Of a DNA stretch of 64,000 nt, positions 1-10,921 are shown one piece after another; the stretch's first letter is position 1; every line of letters starts with the position of its first letter. The translations under genes were made by a program, and so were the position numbers. The notes below the pieces were generated by a model that saw only the letters and a list, made by a program, of their open reading frames with translations, was not told the DNA's origin and made no database searches. The stretch is from the NCBI RefSeq assembly GCF_017348835.2, contig NZ_CP071375.1, one strand, 5' to 3'. This DNA is from Escherichia coli (GTDB lineage Bacteria; Pseudomonadota; Gammaproteobacteria; Enterobacterales; Enterobacteriaceae).

Positions 1-86
1 CCGACAATCGCTGCGGTAATAATTCCCGCCAGGATCGGTGCCGCCAGGTCGTGCCAGAAAGTCATGGCAAACTGCGCGAGCGTCAT
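1..86 (-). CDS. ldrC: Ldr-family type I toxin peptide, 5' part only (runs off the window start)
   Basis: Minus-strand translation from the ATG at 86 gives MTLAQFAMTFWHDLAAPILAGIITAAIV, the conserved N-terminus of the ~35-aa Ldr toxins; position next to chaA matches ldrC. Confidence 0.7.
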   Translation of the reverse strand, partial: MTLAQFAMTFWHDLAAPILAGIITAAIV

Positions 87-98
87 ATAGCCGCCTTG

Positions 99-127
99 TT
101 GTAATGACAACATTTTGCGGCTATTCT
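99..127 (+). promoter_or_regulatory. Putative sigma70 promoter for the Rdl antisense RNA (-35 TTGTAA 99-104, 17-bp spacer, -10 TATTCT 122-127)
   Basis: Hexamers and spacing read directly; lies antisense to the ldr 5' region. Confidence 0.3.
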
Positions 128-133
128 TGAAGT

Positions 134-190
134 GTCTGGTTTCAAGATTAGCCCCCGTTCTGTTGTCAGGTTTTACCTCTCAACGTGCGG
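134..190 (+). ncRNA. rdlC: Rdl-like antisense RNA (antitoxin of Ldr), interrupted in its terminator hairpin by IS4
   Basis: Sequence GTCTGGTTTCAAGATTAGCCCCCGTTCTGTTGTCAGGTTTTACCTCTCAACGTGCGG resembles Rdl RNAs as recalled; the 3' hairpin arm and T-tract (GGGTTTTCTCTTT) now lie beyond the IS4 at 1629-1641. Confidence 0.35.
179..190. repeat. 12-bp target-site duplication CTCAACGTGCGG, left copy, IS4 #1
   Basis: Identical 12-mer directly flanks both IS4 ends (179-190 and 1617-1628). Confidence 0.9.
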
Positions 191-1616
191 TAATGCCAGT
201 CAGTTAAGCAACTGACTGGCTCTTTTTCGGGGCTGTGGGGTATTTCCAGGGCCTCTCCTTTACCACTCTCGGGAAGGCCCTTTCCCTTCTTGTCGGTAAT
301 TTCACAAGTTGTCCCATACTTGCAAGATCGCGCATCAGCTCCGGTATACGTCCCGGTGAAGCGCCCTGCAATGTCATCAGCATTCTCATCACCATTCCGC
401 ATGATTCTGAGAAGCTCAGTTGATTTGGCCAGTAACCTTTCAGATGTTCCGCCATTTTAATCATCTGATATCTCACCAGATTATAAGCCAGTAAGACACC
501 CCACAGCTCTTGCTCCACAAGCTCAGGCTTTTTACTTCTCAGCGTCAGCCTGCTCAGTTGCATCGTCTGTTTTATCTCCCTGTATCCCAGTTCGATTTCC
601 CAGCGATGACTGTACAGATCCGCCATTTCTCCTCCGGGGAAGCGCATGGCGTCCGTCATCGACGTCAGCAGATGGCAGACTTTTCCTTTGCGCGTCACGG
701 TCAGCAGGCGGGCTGTCACCTCATTTCCCAGTCCCGGCCACTTTTTTCGTGCCTGCGGGCTGGTTTTCAGCTTCACCAGATGATCGCCTTTACCCAGTTT
801 TCTGATCTCTTCATATTGCGCTCCCTTTCTGAGAGGGATCATCCAGTGGCGGTGTTCTCCCGCCAGGCTCCAGGCATTTAACAATCCCAGTGAGTAATAA
901 CCTTTATCCATTAACGTCAGAGTGTTATCGCCGGTTTGTTCTATAAGTTGCTCAGCAAGCTCATTTTCGCTGTTCTTCATCGTGCCGAAGGCTGCAGCCG
1001 TCAGCAGATGGCTGGTCAGTTCCATCTGGCAGACCATTTTGACCTGCGGGTAGAGCGCCGGGGTCCCGGCATGTGTCTGGCGAGGGAAGGCTGCATCGTT
1101 CTCTGGTGTATCCGGTGTGCGCCAGAACACACCATCGATGGCCAGCAGGGTCAGGCCGCACCAGTGCGGATGCGGCGTGGCGTTATGCCAGAGCTGCGCT
1201 GTTTTCGTGAACACGCGGCGGACAGCCTCACTTCCCAGGCGCTGGCGGGCCTGAATAACAGCACTGGGGGCAACGAAGGTGCGATTGCCCGGCAGCATGA
1301 TGTCCAGGCGATTCACAATCTGGTGAAGAGGTTCTTTACGCTCAAGCGCCATGCCAACAATACACCAGACCATCATTTCGAGGGGAAGACGGCGCTTGCG
1401 TAGCGTTACAGTACCTGATTCGGCAAGGCAACGAGAGATGAGTTCGGGGTCGAGGTAATCTCCCAGAGAAGTCAGTGGGTTACGCAGAGAATCGTAACGG
1501 GATACCAGATCAAGAGCCTGTCCAATGTGCATAAAAAAATCCGGAAACGAGTGAGCGTTTCCGGATTCTTACACAGCCACTGGATCGGTCAACTGATCCT
1601 TAACTGATCGGCATTA
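191..1616 (-). mobile_element. IS4: IS4 insertion sequence, 1426 bp, imperfect 18-bp terminal inverted repeats (TAATGCCAGTCAGTTAAG / TAATGCCGATCAGTTAAG, 16 of 18 match)
   Basis: Terminal inverted repeats read at both ends, single 442-aa transposase ORF, 12-bp flanking direct repeat; length matches IS4. Confidence 0.92.
204..1532 (-). CDS. insG: IS4 transposase (442 aa)
   Basis: Full-length ORF filling the element between the inverted repeats; protein recognised as IS4 transposase. Confidence 0.9.
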   Translation of the reverse strand: MHIGQALDLVSRYDSLRNPLTSLGDYLDPELISRCLAESGTVTLRKRRLPLEMMVWCIVGMALERKEPLHQIVNRLDIMLPGNRTFVAPSAVIQARQRLGSEAVRRVFTKTAQLWHNATPHPHWCGLTLLAIDGVFWRTPDTPENDAAFPRQTHAGTPALYPQVKMVCQMELTSHLLTAAAFGTMKNSENELAEQLIEQTGDNTLTLMDKGYYSLGLLNAWSLAGEHRHWMIPLRKGAQYEEIRKLGKGDHLVKLKTSPQARKKWPGLGNEVTARLLTVTRKGKVCHLLTSMTDAMRFPGGEMADLYSHRWEIELGYREIKQTMQLSRLTLRSKKPELVEQELWGVLLAYNLVRYQMIKMAEHLKGYWPNQLSFSESCGMVMRMLMTLQGASPGRIPELMRDLASMGQLVKLPTRRERAFPRVVKERPWKYPTAPKKSQSVA

Positions 1617-1628
1617 CTCAACGTGCGG
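1617..1628. repeat. 12-bp target-site duplication CTCAACGTGCGG, right copy, IS4 #1
   Basis: Exact match to 179-190. Confidence 0.9.
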
Positions 1629-1928
1629 GGGTTTTCTCTTTCCAGCAACCAATGCCACCAGGGATAAAGCCCCCGCAACATTGCGCCTCACCGGATAACG
1701 CCGGCTTGGTGTGGATACTACGTCTCAATTCATCTTCACTTCATCCCTGAAGTGTTTGCAATGAAGAGTACATTCCGGCTTTTCAACAGCTGTTGCAGTG
1801 GTTTCGTGCAGGTTGTGGTACAGGCTCGCAATTCTGATTAACGACCTGTCCAGGTAGTATGAAGAAATACAATAAGCAGGAATTTATATTATCTCCCCCG
1901 ATTTCCGTCATCGGAGGAGATATAACTG

Positions 1929-3029
1929 TCAGGCAAATATCGTCATCAAATAGGCGGCAAACAGTGCCAGATGCGCTGCGCCATTGAGCACGTTAGTACG
2001 TCCGGTGGAGAAGGAGATATGGCACAGCACTAAAGAGGCCACCATCACCACCATTTCTGGCGCACCAAGTGCAAACTGCAATTCGTTACCCGTCATAAAG
2101 GCAATTAGCGTGACGACAGGTACGGTAAGCGAAATTGTTGCTAACACTGAACCAAAGAACAGATTCATCGCGCGCTGGACCTGGTTGTTCAACACTGCTT
2201 TTAATGCACCTAAACCTTCCGGCGACAGAATCAACAGTGCCACCAGGAAGCCAGTAAAGGCGACAGGGGCATTCATGCTGTCGAGCAAAGTCTCCAGCGG
2301 GCTGGCGTTCATTTTGGTGACTGCAATAACGGCAATCAGGTGGATAATCAACCAGATAGCATGCCACAGGCTGCTATGGGCAGATGGTTTACCGTGATGC
2401 GGGTCGTCATCATCACTGTCATCTTCGTGCTCGTAGACAAACAAACTTTGATGCGTTTTGGTCTGGATCAGCAAAAATACGCCATACATTGCCGCAGAAA
2501 TTAATGCTACCAGTAACGCCTGACCGGTTGAAAAATTCGCCGCAGGCAGAGCCATTGGAAATACCAGTACGATTATCGCCAGGGGGAACAGCGCAATTAA
2601 ATACTGCTTGATACCAAACAGATTCATATATTGGGTGGCAAACTTACGACCGCCCAACAATAATGAAAAGCCAACCAGCCCACCGGTAACAATCATAATG
2701 ATTGAATAGAGCGTATCACGCATTAGCGTTGGCGCGGCGTCGCCGGTTGCCATTAAAGCTGAAATCAAACTGACTTCAAGAATAACCACTGAAAGGCTAA
2801 GAATAAGCGAACCGTAAGGTTCTCCCAGGCGATGGGCTAATACGTCCGCATGACGGACAACACTAAAGGCGCTACTTAAAATACCAATAAGCGCAAGAAG
2901 ATTGATGGCAATGACCACTGGTAGTGTCTGGCTGCTTCCCCACAGGAACAGCACTACCAGCGCCAGAACCGGGAAAATAAGCGAAGTCTCCTTGTGGCGG
3001 GTTTTTACCGCCTCTTGAGCATTTGACAT
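1929..3029 (-). CDS. chaA: Ca2+/H+ (Na+,K+/H+) antiporter ChaA, 366 aa
   Basis: Protein recognised as ChaA; ORF-track start at 3116 is an upstream extension, start set at the ATG giving MSNAQEAVKT. Confidence 0.85.
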   Translation of the reverse strand: MSNAQEAVKTRHKETSLIFPVLALVVLFLWGSSQTLPVVIAINLLALIGILSSAFSVVRHADVLAHRLGEPYGSLILSLSVVILEVSLISALMATGDAAPTLMRDTLYSIIMIVTGGLVGFSLLLGGRKFATQYMNLFGIKQYLIALFPLAIIVLVFPMALPAANFSTGQALLVALISAAMYGVFLLIQTKTHQSLFVYEHEDDSDDDDPHHGKPSAHSSLWHAIWLIIHLIAVIAVTKMNASPLETLLDSMNAPVAFTGFLVALLILSPEGLGALKAVLNNQVQRAMNLFFGSVLATISLTVPVVTLIAFMTGNELQFALGAPEMVVMVASLVLCHISFSTGRTNVLNGAAHLALFAAYLMTIFA

Positions 3030-3298
3030 TATGGTTATCCCTTTGCAGATGAATTTATCGAAAATGTAAAAAATAGGTAGGAAAAATAACAGAAAGTGTC
3101 TGGATATCGGTAACATTTTACGAATTTTTACCCCGCTGTCGATTTTTTACTCATTGGGACATAAAAATAAGTAATACGTTTAGACAATGTTTGTTTTAGC
3201 GTTTCTTAAGAACAGTCTGACATGAAAATTCTCATGTTTTGGCAAGAGTAGATATTGTTGACCACACTTAATGTTCAACTTTGTAAAAGGAGTCAACG

Positions 3299-3529
3299 AT
3301 GCCGTATAAAACGAAAAGCGATCTGCCGGAAAGCGTAAAGCACGTTCTACCGTCTCATGCCCAGGATATCTATAAAGAAGCGTTCAACAGCGCATGGGAT
3401 CAATATAAAGATAAAGAAGATCGGCGTGATGACGCCAGTCGCGAAGAAACCGCGCATAAAGTGGCCTGGGCTGCTGTGAAACATGAATATGCCAAAGGGG
3501 ATGATGATAAATGGCATAAAAAATCGTAA
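3299..3529 (+). CDS. chaB: Cation transport regulator ChaB, 76 aa
   Basis: Protein and synteny match ChaB. Confidence 0.85.
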   Translation: MPYKTKSDLPESVKHVLPSHAQDIYKEAFNSAWDQYKDKEDRRDDASREETAHKVAWAAVKHEYAKGDDDKWHKKS

Positions 3530-3686
3530 AACCGGTAGCTTAGTTAAAGCTATTCGTGCGGTGTTGCCTTGCAAGTGGTCCGTGGATTGCATATTGTCCC
3601 GTTAGTGGTTTCAAAATGAGCAGTAAAAATGTCCGGAAGACACCAAAAAGTTGTCGCAGGGAAGTATGCAGTGGCGGAGGTGTAAG

Positions 3687-4382
3687 GTGATAACGCGTGA
3701 TTTCTTGATGAATGCCGATTGTAAAACGGCATTTGGTGCCATTGAAGAATCACTCTTATGGTCAGCAGAACAACGGGCGGCTTCGCTGGCGGCGACGCTG
3801 GCTTGTCGACCTGATGAGGGACCAGTGTGGATCTTCGGTTATGGATCGTTGATGTGGAATCCGGCACTGGAGTTTACCGAATCGTGCACCGGTACACTGG
3901 TTGGATGGCATCGCGCGTTTTGCCTGCGCCTGACCGCCGGGCGCGGGACTGCGCACCAGCCGGGACGGATGCTTGCACTGAAAGAGGGCGGACGCACCAC
4001 AGGCGTCGCCTATCGACTGCCTGAAGAGACGCTGGAGCAGGAACTAACCCTGTTGTGGAAGCGAGAGATGATTACCGGCTGTTATCTGCCAACCTGGTGC
4101 CAGCTTGATCTTGATGATGGACGCACAGTAAACGCCATTGTGTTTATTATGGACCCGCGACATCCAGAATATGAATCTGACACTCGCGCTCAGGTCATAG
4201 CGCCGTTGATTGCGGCGGCGAGCGGTCCGCTGGGAACCAACGCACAATACCTGTTTTCACTGGAACAGGAGCTTATCAAACTGGGAATGCAGGACGATGG
4301 GCTGAATGATTTGCTGGTATCGGTAAAAAAACTGCTGGCGGAGAATTATCCGGATGGTGTGTTAAGGCCGGGATTCGCCTGA
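3687..4382 (+). CDS. chaC: Glutathione-specific gamma-glutamylcyclotransferase ChaC, 231 aa
   Basis: Protein match; start set at the GTG giving MITRDFLMNADCK (ORF-track TTG start at 3651 is an extension). Confidence 0.8.
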   Translation: MITRDFLMNADCKTAFGAIEESLLWSAEQRAASLAATLACRPDEGPVWIFGYGSLMWNPALEFTESCTGTLVGWHRAFCLRLTAGRGTAHQPGRMLALKEGGRTTGVAYRLPEETLEQELTLLWKREMITGCYLPTWCQLDLDDGRTVNAIVFIMDPRHPEYESDTRAQVIAPLIAAASGPLGTNAQYLFSLEQELIKLGMQDDGLNDLLVSVKKLLAENYPDGVLRPGFA

Positions 4383-4425
4383 GTAAACTTCCCTCATAGT
4401 GGGGCGTCAGACGCCCCCTCAAACA

Positions 4426-4779
4426 TTAAAATGTGAGCACTTTATCGGCTGACAGCGTCCATTGCGCCAGTTCCACAAGAGCACCGATTTCCACCCCATC
4501 AATAAGAGGAAGTGTGCTAATCCCGCGCCCGTCGGTACAGGTTTTGCACAATTTCACCGGTACATTCTGAGCGGTAAGGATCTCCAGCATTTGCTGAATG
4601 TTGTAGCCTTCCCCTGGTTTTTGCCCGCGCAACCCGGCTGTGACCGCATCAGACATCAGGAACAGACGCAGATCCAGATTGCTCTCCTGCTCTCGTAACG
4701 CAATGGCCAGCCGCAAGCTGTTAAACAAGGATTCGCTCCCGTAAGGTGCGCCATTGGCAACGATCACGATTTTTTGCAT
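4426..4779 (-). CDS. ychN: DsrE/DsrF-like family protein YchN, 117 aa
   Basis: Protein and synteny match YchN. Confidence 0.85.
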   Translation of the reverse strand: MQKIVIVANGAPYGSESLFNSLRLAIALREQESNLDLRLFLMSDAVTAGLRGQKPGEGYNIQQMLEILTAQNVPVKLCKTCTDGRGISTLPLIDGVEIGALVELAQWTLSADKVLTF

Positions 4780-4796
4780 TATTTACTCCTGTATTC

Positions 4797-4900
<104 letters not shown>

Positions 4901-4901
4901 T

Positions 4902-6359
<1,458 letters not shown>

Positions 6360-7010
6360 TCAGAAAATGCGCTCCTGATGCACCCATACCGCTGCTTCCA
6401 CGCGAGACTTGAGCTTCATTTTCTTCAGCATGTGCTTGACGTGCACTTTTACTGTGCTTTCGGTGATGTCCAGGCGGCGGGCAATCATCTTGTTCGGCAA
6501 ACCCTGGGCAATCAGCTTGAGAATATCGCGCTCGCGTGGGGTTAACTGGTTAACATCGCGCTCAGTCGTGGCACGGTTAGCGCGCAAGCTGGCGGCCAGA
6601 ACAGGCGTTAATGCTTCGCTTAATACCATTTCGCCAGCAGCTGCCTGATGCAATGCTTTCAGCAGATCTTCCGGTTCCATATCTTTTAACAGATAGCCAT
6701 CCGCGCCGCGTTTCAGTGCGGTGACCACATCTTCTTCATGGTTAGAGACGCTGAATACCACAATGCGCCCTGAGAGAGACTTTTCGCGCAGTTTATCCAG
6801 CGTTTCCAGACCGTTCATGCCGGGCATATTGAGATCTAACAGGATCAGATCGGGATCAAGAGATTCCGCCAGTTCAATACCCTGTTCGCCATTACTCGCT
6901 TCGCCAACCACGGTGATATCTGGTGCCATACTGATAAGCTGTTTTACGCCAGTTCGCAACATCGGGTGATCGTCGATCAGCAGGATAGTAGCCGGTTCCT
7001 GATTACTCAT
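6360..7010 (-). CDS. narL: Nitrate/nitrite response regulator NarL, 216 aa
   Basis: [23 protein letters not shown]-terminus and LuxR-type C-terminus; start overlaps the narX stop by 8 nt. Confidence 0.92.
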
Positions 7011-8799
7011 GGGTATCTCCTTGGACGTCTGTGAAAGTTTTTTCGGGAATAAAGGTGACCACCACTTCGGTGCCACCTGATTCACGACGGCGGACGCGGC
7101 AATCGCCTCGTAAACTTTGCGCACGGTCGCGCATTATTATCATGCCGTAGTGATTGCTGCGGATGGCATTTTCAGGCACGCCGCAGCCGTTATCCTGGAC
7201 GGTCAATTTGACCTGATTATCGTTTTGCGCCACCGTCACCACGACCTCACTCGCTTGCGAATGTTTGAGGGCGTTACTTAATGCCTCACGGGCAATTTGC
7301 AACAAGTGGATTGCCTGATGCGAAGGCACCAGACGAGGCGGCAATTGATAATCCAGCTTCACCGGGAAGCCAAATTTGGCGCTGTACTCTTCGCAACTCG
7401 CCTCCAGCGCCGGACGTAATCCAGGCTCGGTGAGCTGCAAGCGGAATGTGGTGAGCAATTCACGCAACTGCGCCCAGGATGCATTCAGTTCGTTACGGAT
7501 CTGACTTAACAGTTCGCGGCTGCTTTCTGGCAGCGCATCGCCCTGCATCTGTAAACAACTCACCTGCATCTTCATGCAAGAGAGAGATTGGGCAATAGAA
7601 TCATGCAGTTCGCGCGCAATGGTGGCACGCTCTTCCATCACGATCAACTGTTGCTGACGTTCCTGATGCCGATCCAGCGCCAGCGTGGCGGTGAGTTGTT
7701 CAACCAGGGTATCCACCAGTTGTTGTTGATCATGGCTAAGATGACGCCCCTGCGGCAGGGTCGCCAGCAAAATACCGTACTGCGTATGAGAGTCAGCCAG
7801 CCGCCACTTCAGGGTCGTGCCGCGATCACCAACGGGTAATACGCCGCGCGGGCAGAGCTGGCAGCCTTTATCATCACAAGTCATATCTGGCTGGCAGGTA
7901 AACTCCTGATGATTCTCTTCATCATCAGTGTCATACACCCGCAGTTCGATATCACGTAGCAGGGTTAAATTCTGTAAGCCGTTGAGTACAGGTGACAGGC
8001 GTTCACACAGCGGGGCGCGGGAATGCAAACGGCGGTTAGCCTGCCATAAAAAAGAGAGGATCTGATTTTTATGCTCCAGCCCGGCGGTTTTCTCCTGAAC
8101 CCGCTGCTCAAGTACGGCATAACTTTCGGCCAGTTCTGCAGACATATTGTTCAATGCAGTTCCAAGCATCGCCATTTCGTTGCGCCCGCTGATGTTTGCG
8201 CGTTGGGTAAAATCGCGATGGCTGACGGCACTCGCCATTGCCAGCAGTTGCCGCCACGGTTGTAGCAGTCGCGCCCGCAACCAGATAATAGTGAACACCA
8301 GTAAAAGTGCCATAAATACCGCCATTACCCGATGGACCAGTACCACTGTCTCAATGCGCATTTCCGTGGTGCGGTCAAAACCAGATACCAGCTGATCAAG
8401 CCCGGCAACAAACTGGCTGACATCCGCTGACACCGTTTCTCGGTTTTGTGCACGCATCAGCGCAGGGATCAGTTCATTACGCCAGTAATCTTGTAAACCC
8501 TGTAATTGCGCCAGTTGTCCGTCTCGTTCTGCTGCTCGAGTCAACTCGGCGCTAAATGCCGTTTGTTCCATCTCTTTAATTAAGGGCTTGTCTTTCTCGC
8601 TTAATGGCACTGCTGCCAACAGACGGTAACTTTGCATGCGCAGCGATCCCGCTTTGTTGATCGCATGGGCACTGCCCTGAACGCCTTGCACCAGCCAGCC
8701 AGAAACCGCCATCCCTGCCAGTCCAATAGCAGTAGAAAGCAACACAATAAGCGCAACCTGATTAACCAGGGTGAGCGGAGAGAGACAACGTTTAAGCAT
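7003..8799 (-). CDS. narX: Nitrate/nitrite sensor histidine kinase NarX, 598 aa
   Basis: Protein and synteny match NarX. Confidence 0.92.
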
Positions 8800-9064
8800 G
8801 TAAACCTCTTCCTTCTGGCTTTAAATGAGCAATAACCTTAATGAATGTGACGATACATTCTGGAATGGCAGTATTCTCGGCTATTGGCTGAAGTATACCC
8901 ATACCCGGAAAGAGTTACTCCTTATTTGCCGTGTGGTTAGTCGCTTTACATCGGTAAGGGTAGGGATTCTACAGCACCGTGAAAAATCTCATAATTTTTA
9001 TGAAATCACTGTACTCACTATGGGTAGTGATAAATATCAATGATAGATAAAGTTATCTTATCGT

Positions 9065-9078
9065 TTGATTTACATCAA
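9065..9078 (+). promoter_or_regulatory. FNR box TTGATTTACATCAA in the narK promoter
   Basis: Perfect TTGAT-N4-ATCAA palindrome about 60 bp upstream of the narK start codon. Confidence 0.7.
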
Positions 9079-9137
9079 ATTGCCTTTAGCTACAGACACT
9101 AAGGTGGCAGACATCGAAACGAGTATCAGAGGTGTCT

Positions 9138-10529
9138 ATGAGTCACTCATCCGCCCCCGAAAGGGCTACTGGAGCTGTCATTACAGATTGGCGACCGGAA
9201 GATCCTGCGTTCTGGCAACAACGCGGTCAACGTATTGCCAGCCGCAACCTGTGGATTTCCGTTCCCTGTCTGCTGCTGGCGTTTTGCGTATGGATGTTGT
9301 TCAGCGCTGTTGCGGTGAACTTACCGAAAGTCGGTTTTAATTTTACGACCGATCAGCTATTTATGTTGACTGCGCTGCCTTCGGTTTCTGGCGCGTTATT
9401 ACGTGTTCCATACTCCTTTATGGTTCCTATCTTCGGTGGTCGTCGCTGGACGGCGTTCAGCACCGGTATTCTGATTATTCCTTGCGTCTGGCTGGGTTTT
9501 GCCGTGCAGGATACCTCCACGCCTTATAGCGTCTTCATCATCATCTCTCTGCTGTGCGGCTTTGCTGGCGCGAACTTCGCATCCAGTATGGCAAACATCA
9601 GCTTCTTCTTTCCGAAACAGAAGCAGGGTGGCGCGCTGGGTCTGAATGGTGGTCTGGGCAACATGGGCGTCAGCGTCATGCAGTTGGTTGCTCCGCTGGT
9701 GGTATCACTGTCGATTTTCGCAGTATTTGGTAGCCAGGGCGTCAAACAGCCGGATGGGACTGAGCTGTATCTGGCGAATGCGTCCTGGATATGGGTGCCG
9801 TTCCTTGCCATCTTCACCATTGCGGCGTGGTTTGGCATGAACGATCTTGCTACCTCGAAAGCCTCCATCAAGGAGCAGTTGCCGGTACTCAAACGGGGTC
9901 ATCTGTGGATTATGAGCCTGCTGTATCTGGCAACCTTCGGCTCCTTTATCGGCTTCTCCGCGGGCTTTGCGATGCTGTCAAAAACGCAGTTCCCGGATGT
10001 TCAGATTCTGCAATACGCTTTCTTCGGGCCGTTTATTGGTGCGCTGGCGCGTTCTGCAGGTGGTGCATTATCTGACCGTCTGGGCGGAACTCGTGTCACG
10101 CTGGTGAACTTTATTCTGATGGCGATTTTCAGCGGCCTGCTGTTCCTGACCTTACCGACTGACGGGCAGGGCGGAAGCTTCATGGCGTTCTTCGCGGTCT
10201 TCCTGGCGCTGTTCCTGACAGCTGGGCTGGGTAGTGGTTCCACTTTCCAGATGATTTCAGTGATCTTCCGTAAACTGACAATGGATCGCGTGAAAGCAGA
10301 AGGGGGTTCTGACGAACGTGCGATGCGTGAAGCGGCAACCGACACGGCGGCGGCGCTGGGTTTCATCTCTGCGATTGGCGCGATTGGTGGCTTCTTTATC
10401 CCGAAAGCGTTTGGTAGCTCGCTGGCATTAACGGGTTCGCCAGTCGGCGCAATGAAGGTATTTTTGATTTTCTATATCGCCTGCGTAGTGATTACCTGGG
10501 CGGTATATGGTCGGCATTCTAAAAAATAA
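9138..10529 (+). CDS. narK: Nitrate/nitrite transporter NarK (MFS), 463 aa
   Basis: Protein match; start set at the ATG giving MSHSSAPERATGAV. Confidence 0.9.
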   Translation: MSHSSAPERATGAVITDWRPEDPAFWQQRGQRIASRNLWISVPCLLLAFCVWMLFSAVAVNLPKVGFNFTTDQLFMLTALPSVSGALLRVPYSFMVPIFGGRRWTAFSTGILIIPCVWLGFAVQDTSTPYSVFIIISLLCGFAGANFASSMANISFFFPKQKQGGALGLNGGLGNMGVSVMQLVAPLVVSLSIFAVFGSQGVKQPDGTELYLANASWIWVPFLAIFTIAAWFGMNDLATSKASIKEQLPVLKRGHLWIMSLLYLATFGSFIGFSAGFAMLSKTQFPDVQILQYAFFGPFIGALARSAGGALSDRLGGTRVTLVNFILMAIFSGLLFLTLPTDGQGGSFMAFFAVFLALFLTAGLGSGSTFQMISVIFRKLTMDRVKAEGGSDERAMREAATDTAAALGFISAIGAIGGFFIPKAFGSSLALTGSPVGAMKVFLIFYIACVVITWAVYGRHSKK

Positions 10530-10552
10530 ATCTTAATATTTGATTATCCTTT

Positions 10553-10578
10553 GCGCGGCATGATGTCGCGCTTTTTTT
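10553..10578 (+). terminator. Rho-independent terminator after narK (GCGCGGCATGATGTCGCGC + T7)
   Basis: GC-rich hairpin followed by a T-tract. Confidence 0.6.
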
Positions 10579-10816
10579 ATGCGTCATTTAGTTACAACAT
10601 ACTAACGTTATATGGTTTATTTCGCCGGATTTAATTAAGAGCCATTAATACGTTACCCATGGGGAATACTCCTTAATACCCATTTGCATAAAAATCTTAA
10701 TAGTTTAAATAACTACAGGTATAAAACATCTTAATTTACAGCATGTTATGCTGTAACTGTTAATTATCCTAAAGGGGTATCTTAGGAATTTACTTTATTT
10801 TTCATCCCCATCACTC

Positions 10817-10830
10817 TTGATCGTTATCAA
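10817..10830 (+). promoter_or_regulatory. FNR box TTGATCGTTATCAA of the narG promoter; NarL heptamer-like TACYYMT motifs lie upstream at about 10655-10690
   Basis: Palindrome read directly; position about 90 bp upstream of the narG ATG is consistent with the known -41.5 FNR site. Confidence 0.7.
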
Positions 10831-10921
10831 TTCCCACGCTGTTTCAGAGCGTTACCTTGCCCTTAAACATTAGCAATGTCGATTTATCAGAGGGCCGACA
10901 GGCTCCCACAGGAGAAAACCG

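Noticed and set aside
191-1616. First impression that the element is IS5 (insH), as found at several K-12 loci
   Set aside because: The transposase ORF is 442 aa and the element is 1426 bp with 18-bp terminal inverted repeats and 12-bp target duplications, which fits IS4 and not the 1195-bp IS5.
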